Below are positions 37,030 to 45,868 of a stretch of DNA of 64,000 bases, one piece after another. Numbering within the stretch: position 1 is the first letter of the stretch; each line of letters opens with the position of its first letter. This stretch comes from an uncultured Acidimicrobiia bacterium (GTDB lineage Bacteria; Actinomycetota; Acidimicrobiia; IMCC26256; CAWATG01), in assembly GCA_963785035.1 (NCBI GenBank), contig CAWATG010000015.1, positions 175,282 through 239,281 on the forward strand, in the 5' to 3' direction. The notes under the pieces were generated by a model. It made no database searches. It worked only from the letters and a program-made list of their open reading frames with translations, and was not told the DNA's origin. The position numbers were made by a program, and so were the translations under genes.

Positions 37030-38564
37030 ACGTTGGTGGCCGGTTCATCCCCTTCGGCCATCGGTTGCGGCCAGCCCGGCGGAGCAGGCGCGGCGCTGTC
37101 CCGACAGATTGACCGATACCGACATATCCCGCACGTCTCTTGGTCCGCAACACCCATGAAGTCGTCCGTCGACCACATTGCGGTGACGACCTGGTCGAGC
37201 TCAATGCCGATAGCGTCGATTTCGTCGGCATCGGGCTCGAATGGGTCTGGATCGTCCGCCACGTTGTTGGAGAGATACTCATACTGGAGGCGGAGCCGCA
37301 GACCTCGGCCCTCAGCTTCAGGCGCCAAGACCCATGCCTGGAGGCGGGCCTGTGGATCGTCGGCAACGCGAGGGAGGTGCAGCGCTCCCGTCTTGTAATC
37401 ACGAACGTCGAGCACGCCGTCGTGTGACCACAGAGCGTCGATCCGCGCCGAGACGAGAAAGACGCGGCCAGGCGGTCGGTGGAATCGAACGACCGTGCGT
37501 TCGTGACCCAAGGACGTTGCCGCAATCGGACAGTTGCGCGCGTGCGCGGCGATCTCGTCGCGGACACGTCCGGTTTCGGGAACCCCGTGGGCGTCGAGCA
37601 GGTCCGAGACGTGGGTGGCGTCGTGGCACGTGCCCGTTTGATGGATCATGCGCAGCATCTCGTGGACGAATTGTCCGTGGTCTCCTGCTGCTGATGCATT
37701 ACTGACAGGAAGACGCAGGACATCGGCAAGAAACCACAGTCGTTGGCATCGCGCCCATCTCTCGTTGGCGGTCGGATGCAGGGTAATGACGCTCGGGCGA
37801 AGGTCATCGCGAGGAGTCGACGTGGGTGCGGCGCCGCGCACGGCGCGACATGAGGCTATGAACCGGCACGATTGACAGTCATCGCCGGGTACGGGGCGGT
37901 CGCGGTCAGCGCGGCTTCGCAGCGCGGTGACGCGCGTGTTGATTGTGTCGATGAGTTCCGGAACCAATGCTTCGGTGTCGATGACCTCTTCGGTGAGTTC
38001 TCCGTTGAGCAGGTTGGCGGCACTCACACGCATCGGGCGGCCCATGTTTGTCTTGGACAGGCGCACAACGGCGAGTTGTATGTGTTCGACATCCATGACC
38101 GATGTCGTCGGCAGGTGATTCCATGGGGCGAATTGGCGGAGTTCGAGCGTGCCGCTGTCGTCGCGGACGGTCAGGTCCACCCAGCCGCCGAGTCTGACGT
38201 CGAGTCCGGGGACGTCGCTCGGGCTGTCGCAATCGTGGAGGACGAGCTGCGCGGCTCGGGCTCCGTAGAGCGACCGGTACCAGCGACGAAGTTGCCGGTA
38301 CACCGAGCGTTCCTCGGGTTGCAGGGACGCTGGTGCGTCCTCGGGTTGCAGGGACGCTGGTGCGCCGGAGGCGCTCGAAGACGTCGATGCTTGCTGCACG
38401 AGGTCGGTTCGCGCCGCGTGGAGGAACGCGTCGCGCAGCCGTGCGCGATTCGGTGGACTCCACACTCCTGGCTCGGCATCGAGTTCGAGTGCCAGGCGTC
38501 GTGGGCACAGCGTGGGTCCGGCACGAAGCAGATACGGAGTCACGCGTTGGGGTGCCGGGTCCAT
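37026..38564 (-). CDS. tandem PD-(D/E)XK (Cas4/AddB-like) nuclease-domain protein with two Cys4 signatures
   Basis: The C-terminal half has IDALWSHDGVLDVRDYKTG (D...D-x-K), ARLQAWVL, one upstream Cys (WARCQRLWF) and CGICRYRSIC. The N-terminal half has a parallel layout (LCPRRL ... WVDLTV..GTLELRQF ... CQSCRFIASC) but with a degenerate catalytic motif. Confidence 0.6.
   Translation of the reverse strand: MDPAPQRVTPYLLRAGPTLCPRRLALELDAEPGVWSPPNRARLRDAFLHAARTDLVQQASTSSSASGAPASLQPEDAPASLQPEERSVYRQLRRWYRSLYGARAAQLVLHDCDSPSDVPGLDVRLGGWVDLTVRDDSGTLELRQFAPWNHLPTTSVMDVEHIQLAVVRLSKTNMGRPMRVSAANLLNGELTEEVIDTEALVPELIDTINTRVTALRSRADRDRPVPGDDCQSCRFIASCRAVRGAAPTSTPRDDLRPSVITLHPTANERWARCQRLWFLADVLRLPVSNASAAGDHGQFVHEMLRMIHQTGTCHDATHVSDLLDAHGVPETGRVRDEIAAHARNCPIAATSLGHERTVVRFHRPPGRVFLVSARIDALWSHDGVLDVRDYKTGALHLPRVADDPQARLQAWVLAPEAEGRGLRLRLQYEYLSNNVADDPDPFEPDADEIDAIGIELDQVVTAMWSTDDFMGVADQETCGICRYRSICRDSAAPAPPGWPQPMAEGDEPATNV
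38311..38364. repeat. perfect 27-bp tandem duplication inside the nuclease gene
   Basis: tcctcgggttgcagggacgctggtgcg occurs twice back to back (38311-38337 and 38338-38364). It is in frame and encodes the duplicated APASLQPE(D/E) segment. Confidence 0.95.
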
Positions 38565-38616
38565 TGCCTCAACATACGCGCTTCGCGGCCTATGGCAACG
38601 CTTACGATGGCCCGCG

Positions 38617-40419
38617 GTGAACCCTGTTGATGACGAATCGGCGCTGCCGACGCGGCAAGGCCGGCGATGGTGGCGGCGACGATGGGGATGGCTCGTCGGC
38701 GTCGTCGTGCTTGTGGTCTGGGCGTCGGTGGCCGGGCTGATGATGTTGAACGCACGTCGTTCGGCGGATCAAGGCATCGTTCGCCTCGAGGCCTTCGAGC
38801 GGGAGATGACCGCAGCGAAGTTGATCCGTGGTGAGGGATTGGCCTCATTGCGAAAGGCAGAAGCTGACTTTTCCCGTGCGCGAGCGGACATCGAATCACC
38901 ATTGCTCTGGCCCTTGAAGGTTGTGCCGATCATTGGCCGACAGCTGCGCAGCATCGACGCGCTCATCAGCTCGGCCGACACCGTCGTGAGCGCGGGTACA
39001 CAAGCGGTGGCCGATGCACGACGGGAGATCGATGGCAAGCAATCGTCGGGTGCGGGAAGGGTCCTGATCGCCAAACGACTCAACGGCATTGTCCAGCGAA
39101 CCAATAGACGCTTGAGCACGGTGGCGTTGGGGCCGTCGAAGGCGCTCGTGGGGCCGCTTGCCAGTGCGCGTGATCGCTTTGCGGAGAAGCTGGACAAGGT
39201 ACGCGAGGCGCTCGCGGAGACTGGTGAGGCGTCGCGCGGGATGACGGCGTTTCTCGGCGGACCGACTCGGTATCTCGTGATCGCTGCGAACAATGCCGAG
39301 ATGCGTGCCGGTGCGGGCATGTTCCTCAGTGTGGGGGAGTTGGTGGTGTCGGACGGCACCCTCCAGATCGACGAGATGAGGACGGTCACGGACCAACAAT
39401 TGCCGTCGGGCGCTGTCACGATTCGCGACGCGGATCTCCAGGCGCGCTGGGGGTGGATTGCACCGAACCAGGAGTGGCGCAACCTGGCGGCGTCACCCCG
39501 CTTTGCTGCCTCGGCAGAGTTGGCCGTCGAGATGTGGAAGGCGCGCACGGGTCGGGATGTCACGGGCGTACTCGTATTGGATCCAATCGCCCTTCGTGCG
39601 GTGCTCGAGGCCACTGGCCCGGTTGAGGTAGAGGGTGAGCAGATCAGCGCTGAGACGGTTGTCGACGAGATCCTGCATCGTCAGTACTTGGATCTTCCCC
39701 CGGGTTTTGGCGATGACCAGACCGCCCGCCGGGAACGCTTGAGCGAGATCGCCTCGGCGGCGATGCATGGCATTGATGGGAAAGCTTGGGATGTGTCCGT
39801 CATGGTCGAGCAGCTGCAGAGCGCGGCAAAGGGCCGCCATGTTCTCGCGTGGTCGAGCGATCCGGCTCAGCAGGCGGCATGGACCGCTGCCGGAATCGAC
39901 GGGGCACTGCAATCCCATTCGCTGATGGCATCGCTGCAGAGCCAGGGCGGCAACAAGTTGGATCAGTTCCTCGAGCTGAATGGGGTGGTCGAGAGCGCCC
40001 CGGCGGCCAAGGGCGGTCGGGCAGTGACGCTCACCCTGACCATTGAGAACCATGTCCCGATGGGCGAGCCGCGGTATATCTCCGGTCCCACCTTTCAGCT
40101 TCCGGAAGGGGTGTACGCAGGGATCGTGGCCGTGAATGTCCCGGGTGCAGCCTCGGATCTGCGTTTCGAGGGTTCGCCGCGTCTGGTGGCGGCGGGTTCC
40201 GACGGTCCCACGACGGTGATTGCCACTCGGGTCCTGGTGGCTCGAGGTCAAAAGGTCACGGTGGTCGTGACGTTCGTGCTGCCGCGTGGCGTGGATGCAG
40301 TGCGGATCGAGTCGTCGGCTCGGGTGCCGACGATCACCTGGAAGGCCGGCGCTCGGGTGTGGATTGATGACCACGCCCGCACGGTCCGCCTGAAGGAGGT
40401 GCGCCAAGAAGCGAAGTAG
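38617..40419 (+). CDS. DUF4012 domain membrane-anchored protein
   Basis: It has an N-terminal RRWWRRRWGW + TM anchor, then YLVIAANNAEMRAGAGMFLSVGEL...APNQEWRN...VLVLDPIAL blocks typical of DUF4012. The start is uncertain: GTG at 38617 or the listed ATG at 38512, which overlaps the divergent gene. Confidence 0.7.
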   Translation: MNPVDDESALPTRQGRRWWRRRWGWLVGVVVLVVWASVAGLMMLNARRSADQGIVRLEAFEREMTAAKLIRGEGLASLRKAEADFSRARADIESPLLWPLKVVPIIGRQLRSIDALISSADTVVSAGTQAVADARREIDGKQSSGAGRVLIAKRLNGIVQRTNRRLSTVALGPSKALVGPLASARDRFAEKLDKVREALAETGEASRGMTAFLGGPTRYLVIAANNAEMRAGAGMFLSVGELVVSDGTLQIDEMRTVTDQQLPSGAVTIRDADLQARWGWIAPNQEWRNLAASPRFAASAELAVEMWKARTGRDVTGVLVLDPIALRAVLEATGPVEVEGEQISAETVVDEILHRQYLDLPPGFGDDQTARRERLSEIASAAMHGIDGKAWDVSVMVEQLQSAAKGRHVLAWSSDPAQQAAWTAAGIDGALQSHSLMASLQSQGGNKLDQFLELNGVVESAPAAKGGRAVTLTLTIENHVPMGEPRYISGPTFQLPEGVYAGIVAVNVPGAASDLRFEGSPRLVAAGSDGPTTVIATRVLVARGQKVTVVVTFVLPRGVDAVRIESSARVPTITWKAGARVWIDDHARTVRLKEVRQEAK

Positions 40420-40472
40420 ATGGTACTATGACCCCAAAAGCCGCACAAGTCTGTTACGGGGTGAAAGACCTA

Positions 40473-40501
40473 TTGCACGTAGCGTGACTATTCGCTACTA
40501 T
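40473..40501 (+). promoter_or_regulatory. candidate sigma-70-type promoter for the LPXTG gene
   Basis: TTGCAC (40473-40478), a 17-nt spacer and TACTAT (40496-40501) lie in a low-GC intergenic region. GGAGG at 40525-40529 sits 8 nt before the GTG at 40538. Confidence 0.3.
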
Positions 40502-40537
40502 TAGTGTCAATTCATCCCTGGTGCGGAGGCAGATGTA

Positions 40538-40879
40538 GTGGCGTTCTCTCGACGATCAATCCGATTTGCGGCTGCCGGTGCGTTCGCGGCTTCGCTCGCG
40601 CTCCCTCTCGGTGCCGGGATAGCGAGCGCGCAGGAAGTCTGTCCTACGGCATCGCCTTCTGACATCGCGTGCTCGCCGCCTCCGGTGGAGGTTCCCGAGG
40701 TCGGCAACTTCCCGGCGCAAGGCGAAGTCGCGGTCAAGGGTGTCAGTGCGTCGGCGTCTTCGGGCTTGCCGGTTACCGGCGGAGACGTCGCCGGCATGGC
40801 AACGCTCGGCGCTGTTGCGCTCGGCGCAGGTGGAATCATGGTTCGCGTTGGTCGGCGGCGCCGCGCCATCGAGGGATAG
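40538..40879 (+). CDS. very small LPXTG cell-wall-anchored protein
   Basis: It has a signal peptide (..LALPLGAGIASAQE). The mature segment is ~55 aa with CPTASPSDIAC. LPVTG is followed by a hydrophobic stretch and an RRRR tail, giving a complete sortase sorting signal. Confidence 0.75.
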   Translation: MAFSRRSIRFAAAGAFAASLALPLGAGIASAQEVCPTASPSDIACSPPPVEVPEVGNFPAQGEVAVKGVSASASSGLPVTGGDVAGMATLGAVALGAGGIMVRVGRRRRAIEG

Positions 40880-41306
40880 GAGCGTTCGGAGAAGGAGCCG
40901 GCACCCACATAAGGGACACTCCACGCGACGTGACACGCGTGGAACGTGCGCCCAGGTGCGTGAGTATGACGCGTCACAGCGGGCGTTAGGTGAAAGAAAC
41001 CCGCAAGCGACAACGGGGAGCGTATTGGAACCTCACTTCGGAGGTAATGGTCACCAATGCACTCAACGGATTTTTTCGCAGATCGCCTATCACTCCGGTC
41101 GCTGGCCGTCTACAATCCGCCGCAAGAGAACTCATTTGGACATGAGTGCACGCGGAGGTTGTATTCGTCGTATCTCATCGGCGTGGCCGGAATGGATGTC
41201 GGACCTGGCAAGGACGTTTTCGGCACGGTTGATTCCGGTGTGATCAGACGTGTACGGGTGCCATGGAGGTGCTCGCTCCGCGATTCGCAATACACGACCT
41301 CGACGT

Positions 41307-42825
41307 ATGCAAGCGGAGAGTTTGGCGGACTGCGTGAGTAGCTCCCAGTCGTTTCATGAGCACAACGTGCCCGTGCCCGAGGTCGAACCGCTGCCACTTT
41401 TTCATGAAGCCGTGAATGCAGCGCCTGCGAGCGGCTTTGTTCTCCGTCGGATTCTCGTTCTTGGCGACGTTGTCGGTGTCGCATTGGCCTGGACGGTGGC
41501 TCTGTTCGTCACGGGTCGCAACCCGAGTCCTTTTGCGGGCCGGCCCGTTGCGCTTGCAGCGGCGGTTGCGGTCATGACAGTCGCCGGTCTTGCCGGTATT
41601 GCGTCACAACGTCTGTACCTCGCTCGGGTGTGTGGCGTCCGCGCCGTGGAGCTTGAGCGCCTCGGGCGCGCTTCGGTGCTCTCGGGCATGCTCGCCTACC
41701 TGGTTGCGCAGGTCTTGGACCTCACCGTCACCGGGGTCCGTGCCGCTCTCGGCGGTCTGTTGATGTTCGTGCTCCTGGCGATGTTCCGTGGGGGATACGA
41801 CGGTTGGCTCAAGTCAGCGCGTGCCAATGGACGGTTCACCCGTCCGATCGTCATCATCGGCGGGAACCAGGAGGGCTTCGAGCTCTACCGTCTGCTCTCC
41901 ACACATCCTGAACTCGGCTTTCGCGTCAGCGGGATCGTCGGTTGCGGAGATCACCGCAGGATGTGGGCGACCGACGTGCCCTGGCTCGGCGAGATCGCCG
42001 ATGCTGCCCGAGCGGTCAAGGCGACAGGATCGAACGGCGCAGTGATCGCTGCGAGCGCTGTTTCCTCCGAGCAGCTCAATGCGCTCACCCGCCAACTGCT
42101 CGCCAACGGCGTGCATGTCCATCTCTCGAGCGGCCTGAAGGGCATCGCGCAAAGTCGTCTGCGGTCGTTGCCACTGGCCTATGAGCCGCTGTTCTACCTC
42201 GAGCCGATTGCATTGACCGTGTGGCAGCTACGCGCGAAGCGCGCCATCGACATCGTCCTGGCCGGCGTTGCGCTCGTCATCGCGGCGCCGATCATGATCC
42301 TTGCAGCGATTGCGATCAAGGTGCAGGACCGCGGGCCGGTGTTTTTCCGACAGGAGCGCGTCGGGAAGGACGGTCGGAAGTTTCATGTGCGTCAAACTGC
42401 GCACGATGGTGCCGGACGCGGAAAGGATGCTCGTCGACATCACGAACGACAATGAGCGCAGCGACGGTCCGCTTTTCAAGCTGGCAGTAGACCCACGTCG
42501 AACGAAGGTCGGTCGGTTCCTGGAGACAACGAGCCTCGATGAGCTCCCACAGCTTTTCAATGTGCTGCGCGGTGAGATGAGCATGGTCGGCCCCCGTCCC
42601 GCGTTGCCTTCAGAGGTCGCCGCGTTCGACGAGGAATTGCACGCTCGCCACAGGGTTCCCCCAGGTATCACGGGGCTCTGGCAGGTCGAAGCACGTGACA
42701 ACCCTTCGTTTCTGGCCTACCGCCGCCTTGATCTCTTCTACGTCGAGAACTGGTCCGTCTCGCTCGACCTGGCAATTCTGTTGTCGACGGGCAAGGCGAT
42801 TGCCATGCGAATCGTGCATCGCTGA
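41307..42825 (+). pseudogene. polyprenyl-phosphate hexose-1-phosphate transferase (WbaP/bacterial sugar transferase family; priming enzyme), frameshifted
   Basis: The N-terminal TM bundle, the Rossmann-like middle (IVIIGGNQEG) and [37 protein letters not shown] are in one frame. [10 protein letters not shown]...[39 protein letters not shown] are in the next. The shift is at about 42387-42393. The start is uncertain. Confidence 0.8.
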
Positions 42826-42960
42826 TCTGCGGGATTGCCCGCTCCTACAGACTGCGCGTTCGTGCACGTTGCGCATTCGGGGAACTCGGGCGGTCCTGCG
42901 AACGACGTAACGTGGTGGCGCACGCGCGTACCGATTGCCCATGGTGGGCCTGATCCTTGG

Positions 42961-43935
42961 ATGCAGCATGTCGAGTTCAATATGGTGAGTTCCGCTTTTG
43001 CGGGCCGGCACGTCGTCGTGACGGGTGGCGCCGGGTTCATCGGCAGTCATGTCGTCGAACGATTGGTTGCTGAGCAGGCCGTCGTGACGGTGCTCGACAA
43101 TGGCACCACCAGCGATTCCGAGAACCTTCGGTCTGTCGCGGGCGACTACGACTTTGTCGATGGCGACGTGCTCGATACCGAGGTGCTCGGACCCGTCATT
43201 GCGAAGGCTGATGCGATCTTCCACTTCGCGGCGAGTGCCTATTTACCGCCGTCGGTCGACGACCCGGAGATGGACCTGATGCAGAATTGCGTCGCGGTCC
43301 TGCGAATTCTTGAAGCAGCGCGTCGTTCGGGGCGCAGCCCGCGTGTCGTCATCATGTCGTCCGCAGCTGTCTATGGCGATCCGGTCCACCTGCCGGTTGC
43401 CGAGGACGATCCTCTTGTGCCGATCAGCCCCTACGGCGTGTCGAAACTTGCCGCTGAGCGCTACGCCGAGGTCTACGCAACCCTGCACGGCTTGCCGACG
43501 GCATCGCTTCGCGTGTTCTCGGCATACGGGCCACGGCAAAGGAAGCAGATCGTCTACGACTTCTTCGTCAAGCTCACCACCGATCCAACGAGTATGGAGA
43601 TAATCGGTGACGGCGGACAACGCCGCGACATGGTTTTCGTCGACGATATTGCCAGTGCTGCGATGGTGGTTGCGGAGCGTGGGCCAATGCATGGCGAGGT
43701 GTACAACGTGGCGTCGGGGGTCGACGTGTCGACGCTGGAGCTCGCTCGAGAACTCGCGCGCGTGTATGGCAAGGATCCCGAATTCACCTTCACGGGAGCA
43801 GTTCGCCTTGGTGATGCGCAACGATGGAGCGCGGACACCACACGTCTACGTGCGCTGAACTGGACGCCGGGAACGGATCTCTCGAGTGGTCTGGCACGTA
43901 CGGCGGAGTGGTTCGCATCCACATACCAGGGTTGA
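42961..43935 (+). CDS. NAD-dependent nucleotide-sugar epimerase/dehydratase (SDR)
   Basis: VVVTGGAGFIGSHVV, SSAAVYG and the YGVSKLAAE (YxxxK) catalytic motif are present. The start is at 42961 or 42982. Confidence 0.8.
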   Translation: MQHVEFNMVSSAFAGRHVVVTGGAGFIGSHVVERLVAEQAVVTVLDNGTTSDSENLRSVAGDYDFVDGDVLDTEVLGPVIAKADAIFHFAASAYLPPSVDDPEMDLMQNCVAVLRILEAARRSGRSPRVVIMSSAAVYGDPVHLPVAEDDPLVPISPYGVSKLAAERYAEVYATLHGLPTASLRVFSAYGPRQRKQIVYDFFVKLTTDPTSMEIIGDGGQRRDMVFVDDIASAAMVVAERGPMHGEVYNVASGVDVSTLELARELARVYGKDPEFTFTGAVRLGDAQRWSADTTRLRALNWTPGTDLSSGLARTAEWFASTYQG

Positions 43936-43986
43936 GCGACGGGATCTCGTGGCGCCTCATCTGGATGACTGCGCGGAAGGCTGCCC

Positions 43987-45141
43987 GTGCGCATACTGAT
44001 GGTGGTACGCAACCTCGACTTCGGTGGCGTCGAGCGCCGCGCTGCTTCTCTGGCGTGCGGTTACGCGCGCAGCGGTCACGAGGTTCTGGTGGCGTGTTTG
44101 CGCGACGAAGGAATCTGGGCTCAAGAAGTGCGCGCGTGCGGAGCTGGTTTGCAGGTGATCGAGCGCACCAACGGCGCCGACCCCCGCGGACTACTCAGCC
44201 TGGCGCGCCTTGTCGGCTCATTTGATCCCGACGTCATCGATGCGCACCAGACTCGCCCCAACATCCTGACCCCCTTGGCGTTGGACCTCAATGCCGGATT
44301 CGATCGTCTCGGATCGACTGCGCGGCGAGCTGTGCGGCGTCGAGCGCCGTATGTCGCCTCGTCGTACTTGATCGACAATTGGCGCAGCCCCGCAATCCGT
44401 GTTGCGGAGCGCTCGTCACTGCGTCGTGCCGCCCGTGTCGTGACCGACAGCGGGCGTCTTGCCCAGGACCTACGAGAGCGAGCGCGCCTTGCCGAGAGCT
44501 CCGTTGTCGTGATTCCCAATGGCGTCGCCGATGCCCGTGCTGCACGCTCGGCGCGTGCCGAGGTCGAGGCGCTTGTCGGCGGTTCGGGCCCCTTGGTTGT
44601 GCATGTCGGAAGGCTTCTTCCCTACAAGGGTCAGCGTGCGTTTCTCCGCGCCGCTGCGAGGGTCGTCGAAAACGGGCTCGAGGCGCGATTTCTTGTGGTG
44701 GGCGATGGTGACGAGGGCTATACCGCGGAGCTGCGGGATCTCGCAGCAGCGGAGCCACTGGCCGGGCGCGCGGCGGTCATCGCTTGGGAGGGCGAGATCG
44801 GATCAATCCTGCAAGTGGCCGACGTGTTTACCCTCGCGAGCACCAAGGAGTCTCTGCCGTTATCAATTATCGAGGCGATGAGCGCGGGTCTGCCGGTCAT
44901 TGCGACTGATGTCGGCGGTGTCGCCGAAGCGGTGACCGACGACGTGAATGGATACCTGTTGCCGACCACGTCCAACGGGCCGGATATCGGCGCGCTCGCC
45001 GGGGCGCTGACCCGTGTCATTGCCGACGCGGCGTTGCGGAGGCGTCTGGGTGATGTGGGACGGCAGCGCTTCGAAGTGGATTACTCCGTCTCCACGATGG
45101 TGCAGCGTGCCCTCGAAGTACTGACCGCAGCAGCGCGGTAG
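43987..45141 (+). CDS. glycosyltransferase family 4 (GT-B)
   Basis: N-terminal block: MRILMVVRNLDFGGVERRAASLACGYARSGHEV. C-terminal block: GRLLPYKG...EG..LSIIEAMSAGLPVIATDVGG..E. Confidence 0.8.
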   Translation: MRILMVVRNLDFGGVERRAASLACGYARSGHEVLVACLRDEGIWAQEVRACGAGLQVIERTNGADPRGLLSLARLVGSFDPDVIDAHQTRPNILTPLALDLNAGFDRLGSTARRAVRRRAPYVASSYLIDNWRSPAIRVAERSSLRRAARVVTDSGRLAQDLRERARLAESSVVVIPNGVADARAARSARAEVEALVGGSGPLVVHVGRLLPYKGQRAFLRAAARVVENGLEARFLVVGDGDEGYTAELRDLAAAEPLAGRAAVIAWEGEIGSILQVADVFTLASTKESLPLSIIEAMSAGLPVIATDVGGVAEAVTDDVNGYLLPTTSNGPDIGALAGALTRVIADAALRRRLGDVGRQRFEVDYSVSTMVQRALEVLTAAAR

Positions 45142-45153
45142 TACTTCGAGGGC
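45109..45153. terminator. perfect 14-bp inverted repeat between convergent genes (candidate bidirectional terminator)
   Basis: gccctcgaagtact (45109-45122) and agtacttcgagggc (45140-45153) are separated by a 17-nt loop. The structure straddles the GT4 stop codon at 45139-45141. There is no U-tract. Confidence 0.5.
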
Positions 45154-45163
45154 ACGTCAATGC

Positions 45164-45868
45164 CTACAGCGGTGGCGGCGAGGCGCTGAGCTGTGCCGGC
45201 GTCGCGGTTGTGGTGTTGAAGGCCGCCCATTCGTTCGTGACGAACTTGAACTTGCCGATGCTTGCGCCACGGTTGTTCGGCCAGTTTGCGCTCAGACTGG
45301 CCCAGTAGTCGACGCCGCTACCGGCGAGGAGGTGCTGTGACCAGAAAGCGCGATCGTCGGGACCATTGGGGTTGTCGAGGATGAGCCGCGCCTGGAACGT
45401 GCCGTAGACCGCGGCGACGTCGTTGGCAGGGATCGTCCCGCGGGGAGCCCAGAAGTGCCATGCATTACGGCCCGCAGAGAAGTCAAGCTTGCCGCTCACG
45501 CCTTCGGACTCGGTCCGCACCGACATCGGATTCGAGACGTTCCCCCCGAAGTCCTCCCGGTATGCGTCTCCCTTCTCCGCTCCCGAGGTGACCAGGATCC
45601 ATTTTCCAGTGCTCCTGGAGAGCAACCAACACTGCACGGCACGCACCTGCACGCGGGTGTTTCCGGTTCCCGGGTTCAACCCCTGGTTTTGCGGAAGCCC
45701 GTCGGCGAAGAGCACGCCCCATGTGACGGCGGACTGCATGCCGGCGTTGTCATTACCCACCTGGATCTCAGGACCGGGTTTCCACGAGTAACCATCAGGA
45801 AGGGGAATGACACCCTCGTGGAATCCACGCTGGTCCGATGCGATCAGGGCAACTGAGTTGATCCCGCC
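45164..45868 (-). CDS. unknown-function domain protein P1 (paralogue of 47058-47987); 5' end unresolved
   Basis: About 60% identical by eye to the C-terminal ~235 aa of P2. The first in-frame start is the GTG at 45760. Clear in-frame homology (GGINSVALIASDQRGFHEGVIPLPDGYSWKPGPEIQ) continues 36 codons further upstream and overlaps the stop of the preceding ORF. Confidence 0.5.
   Translation of the reverse strand, partial: GGINSVALIASDQRGFHEGVIPLPDGYSWKPGPEIQVGNDNAGMQSAVTWGVLFADGLPQNQGLNPGTGNTRVQVRAVQCWLLSRSTGKWILVTSGAEKGDAYREDFGGNVSNPMSVRTESEGVSGKLDFSAGRNAWHFWAPRGTIPANDVAAVYGTFQARLILDNPNGPDDRAFWSQHLLAGSGVDYWASLSANWPNNRGASIGKFKFVTNEWAAFNTTTATPAQLSASPPPL

Noticed and set aside
31403-38364. The tandem repeats (18 nt x2, 15 nt x3, 27 nt x2) considered as a possible CRISPR or other array.
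   Set aside because: There are only 2-3 contiguous copies with no spacers. Two of the three repeats are in frame inside coding sequence. No cas genes are present.
41057-41341. A 94-aa ORF in the non-coding region before the priming transferase.
   Set aside because: It has no RBS and atypical composition. It overlaps the likely start of the transferase gene and shows no recognisable motif. It is more likely part of a regulatory region.
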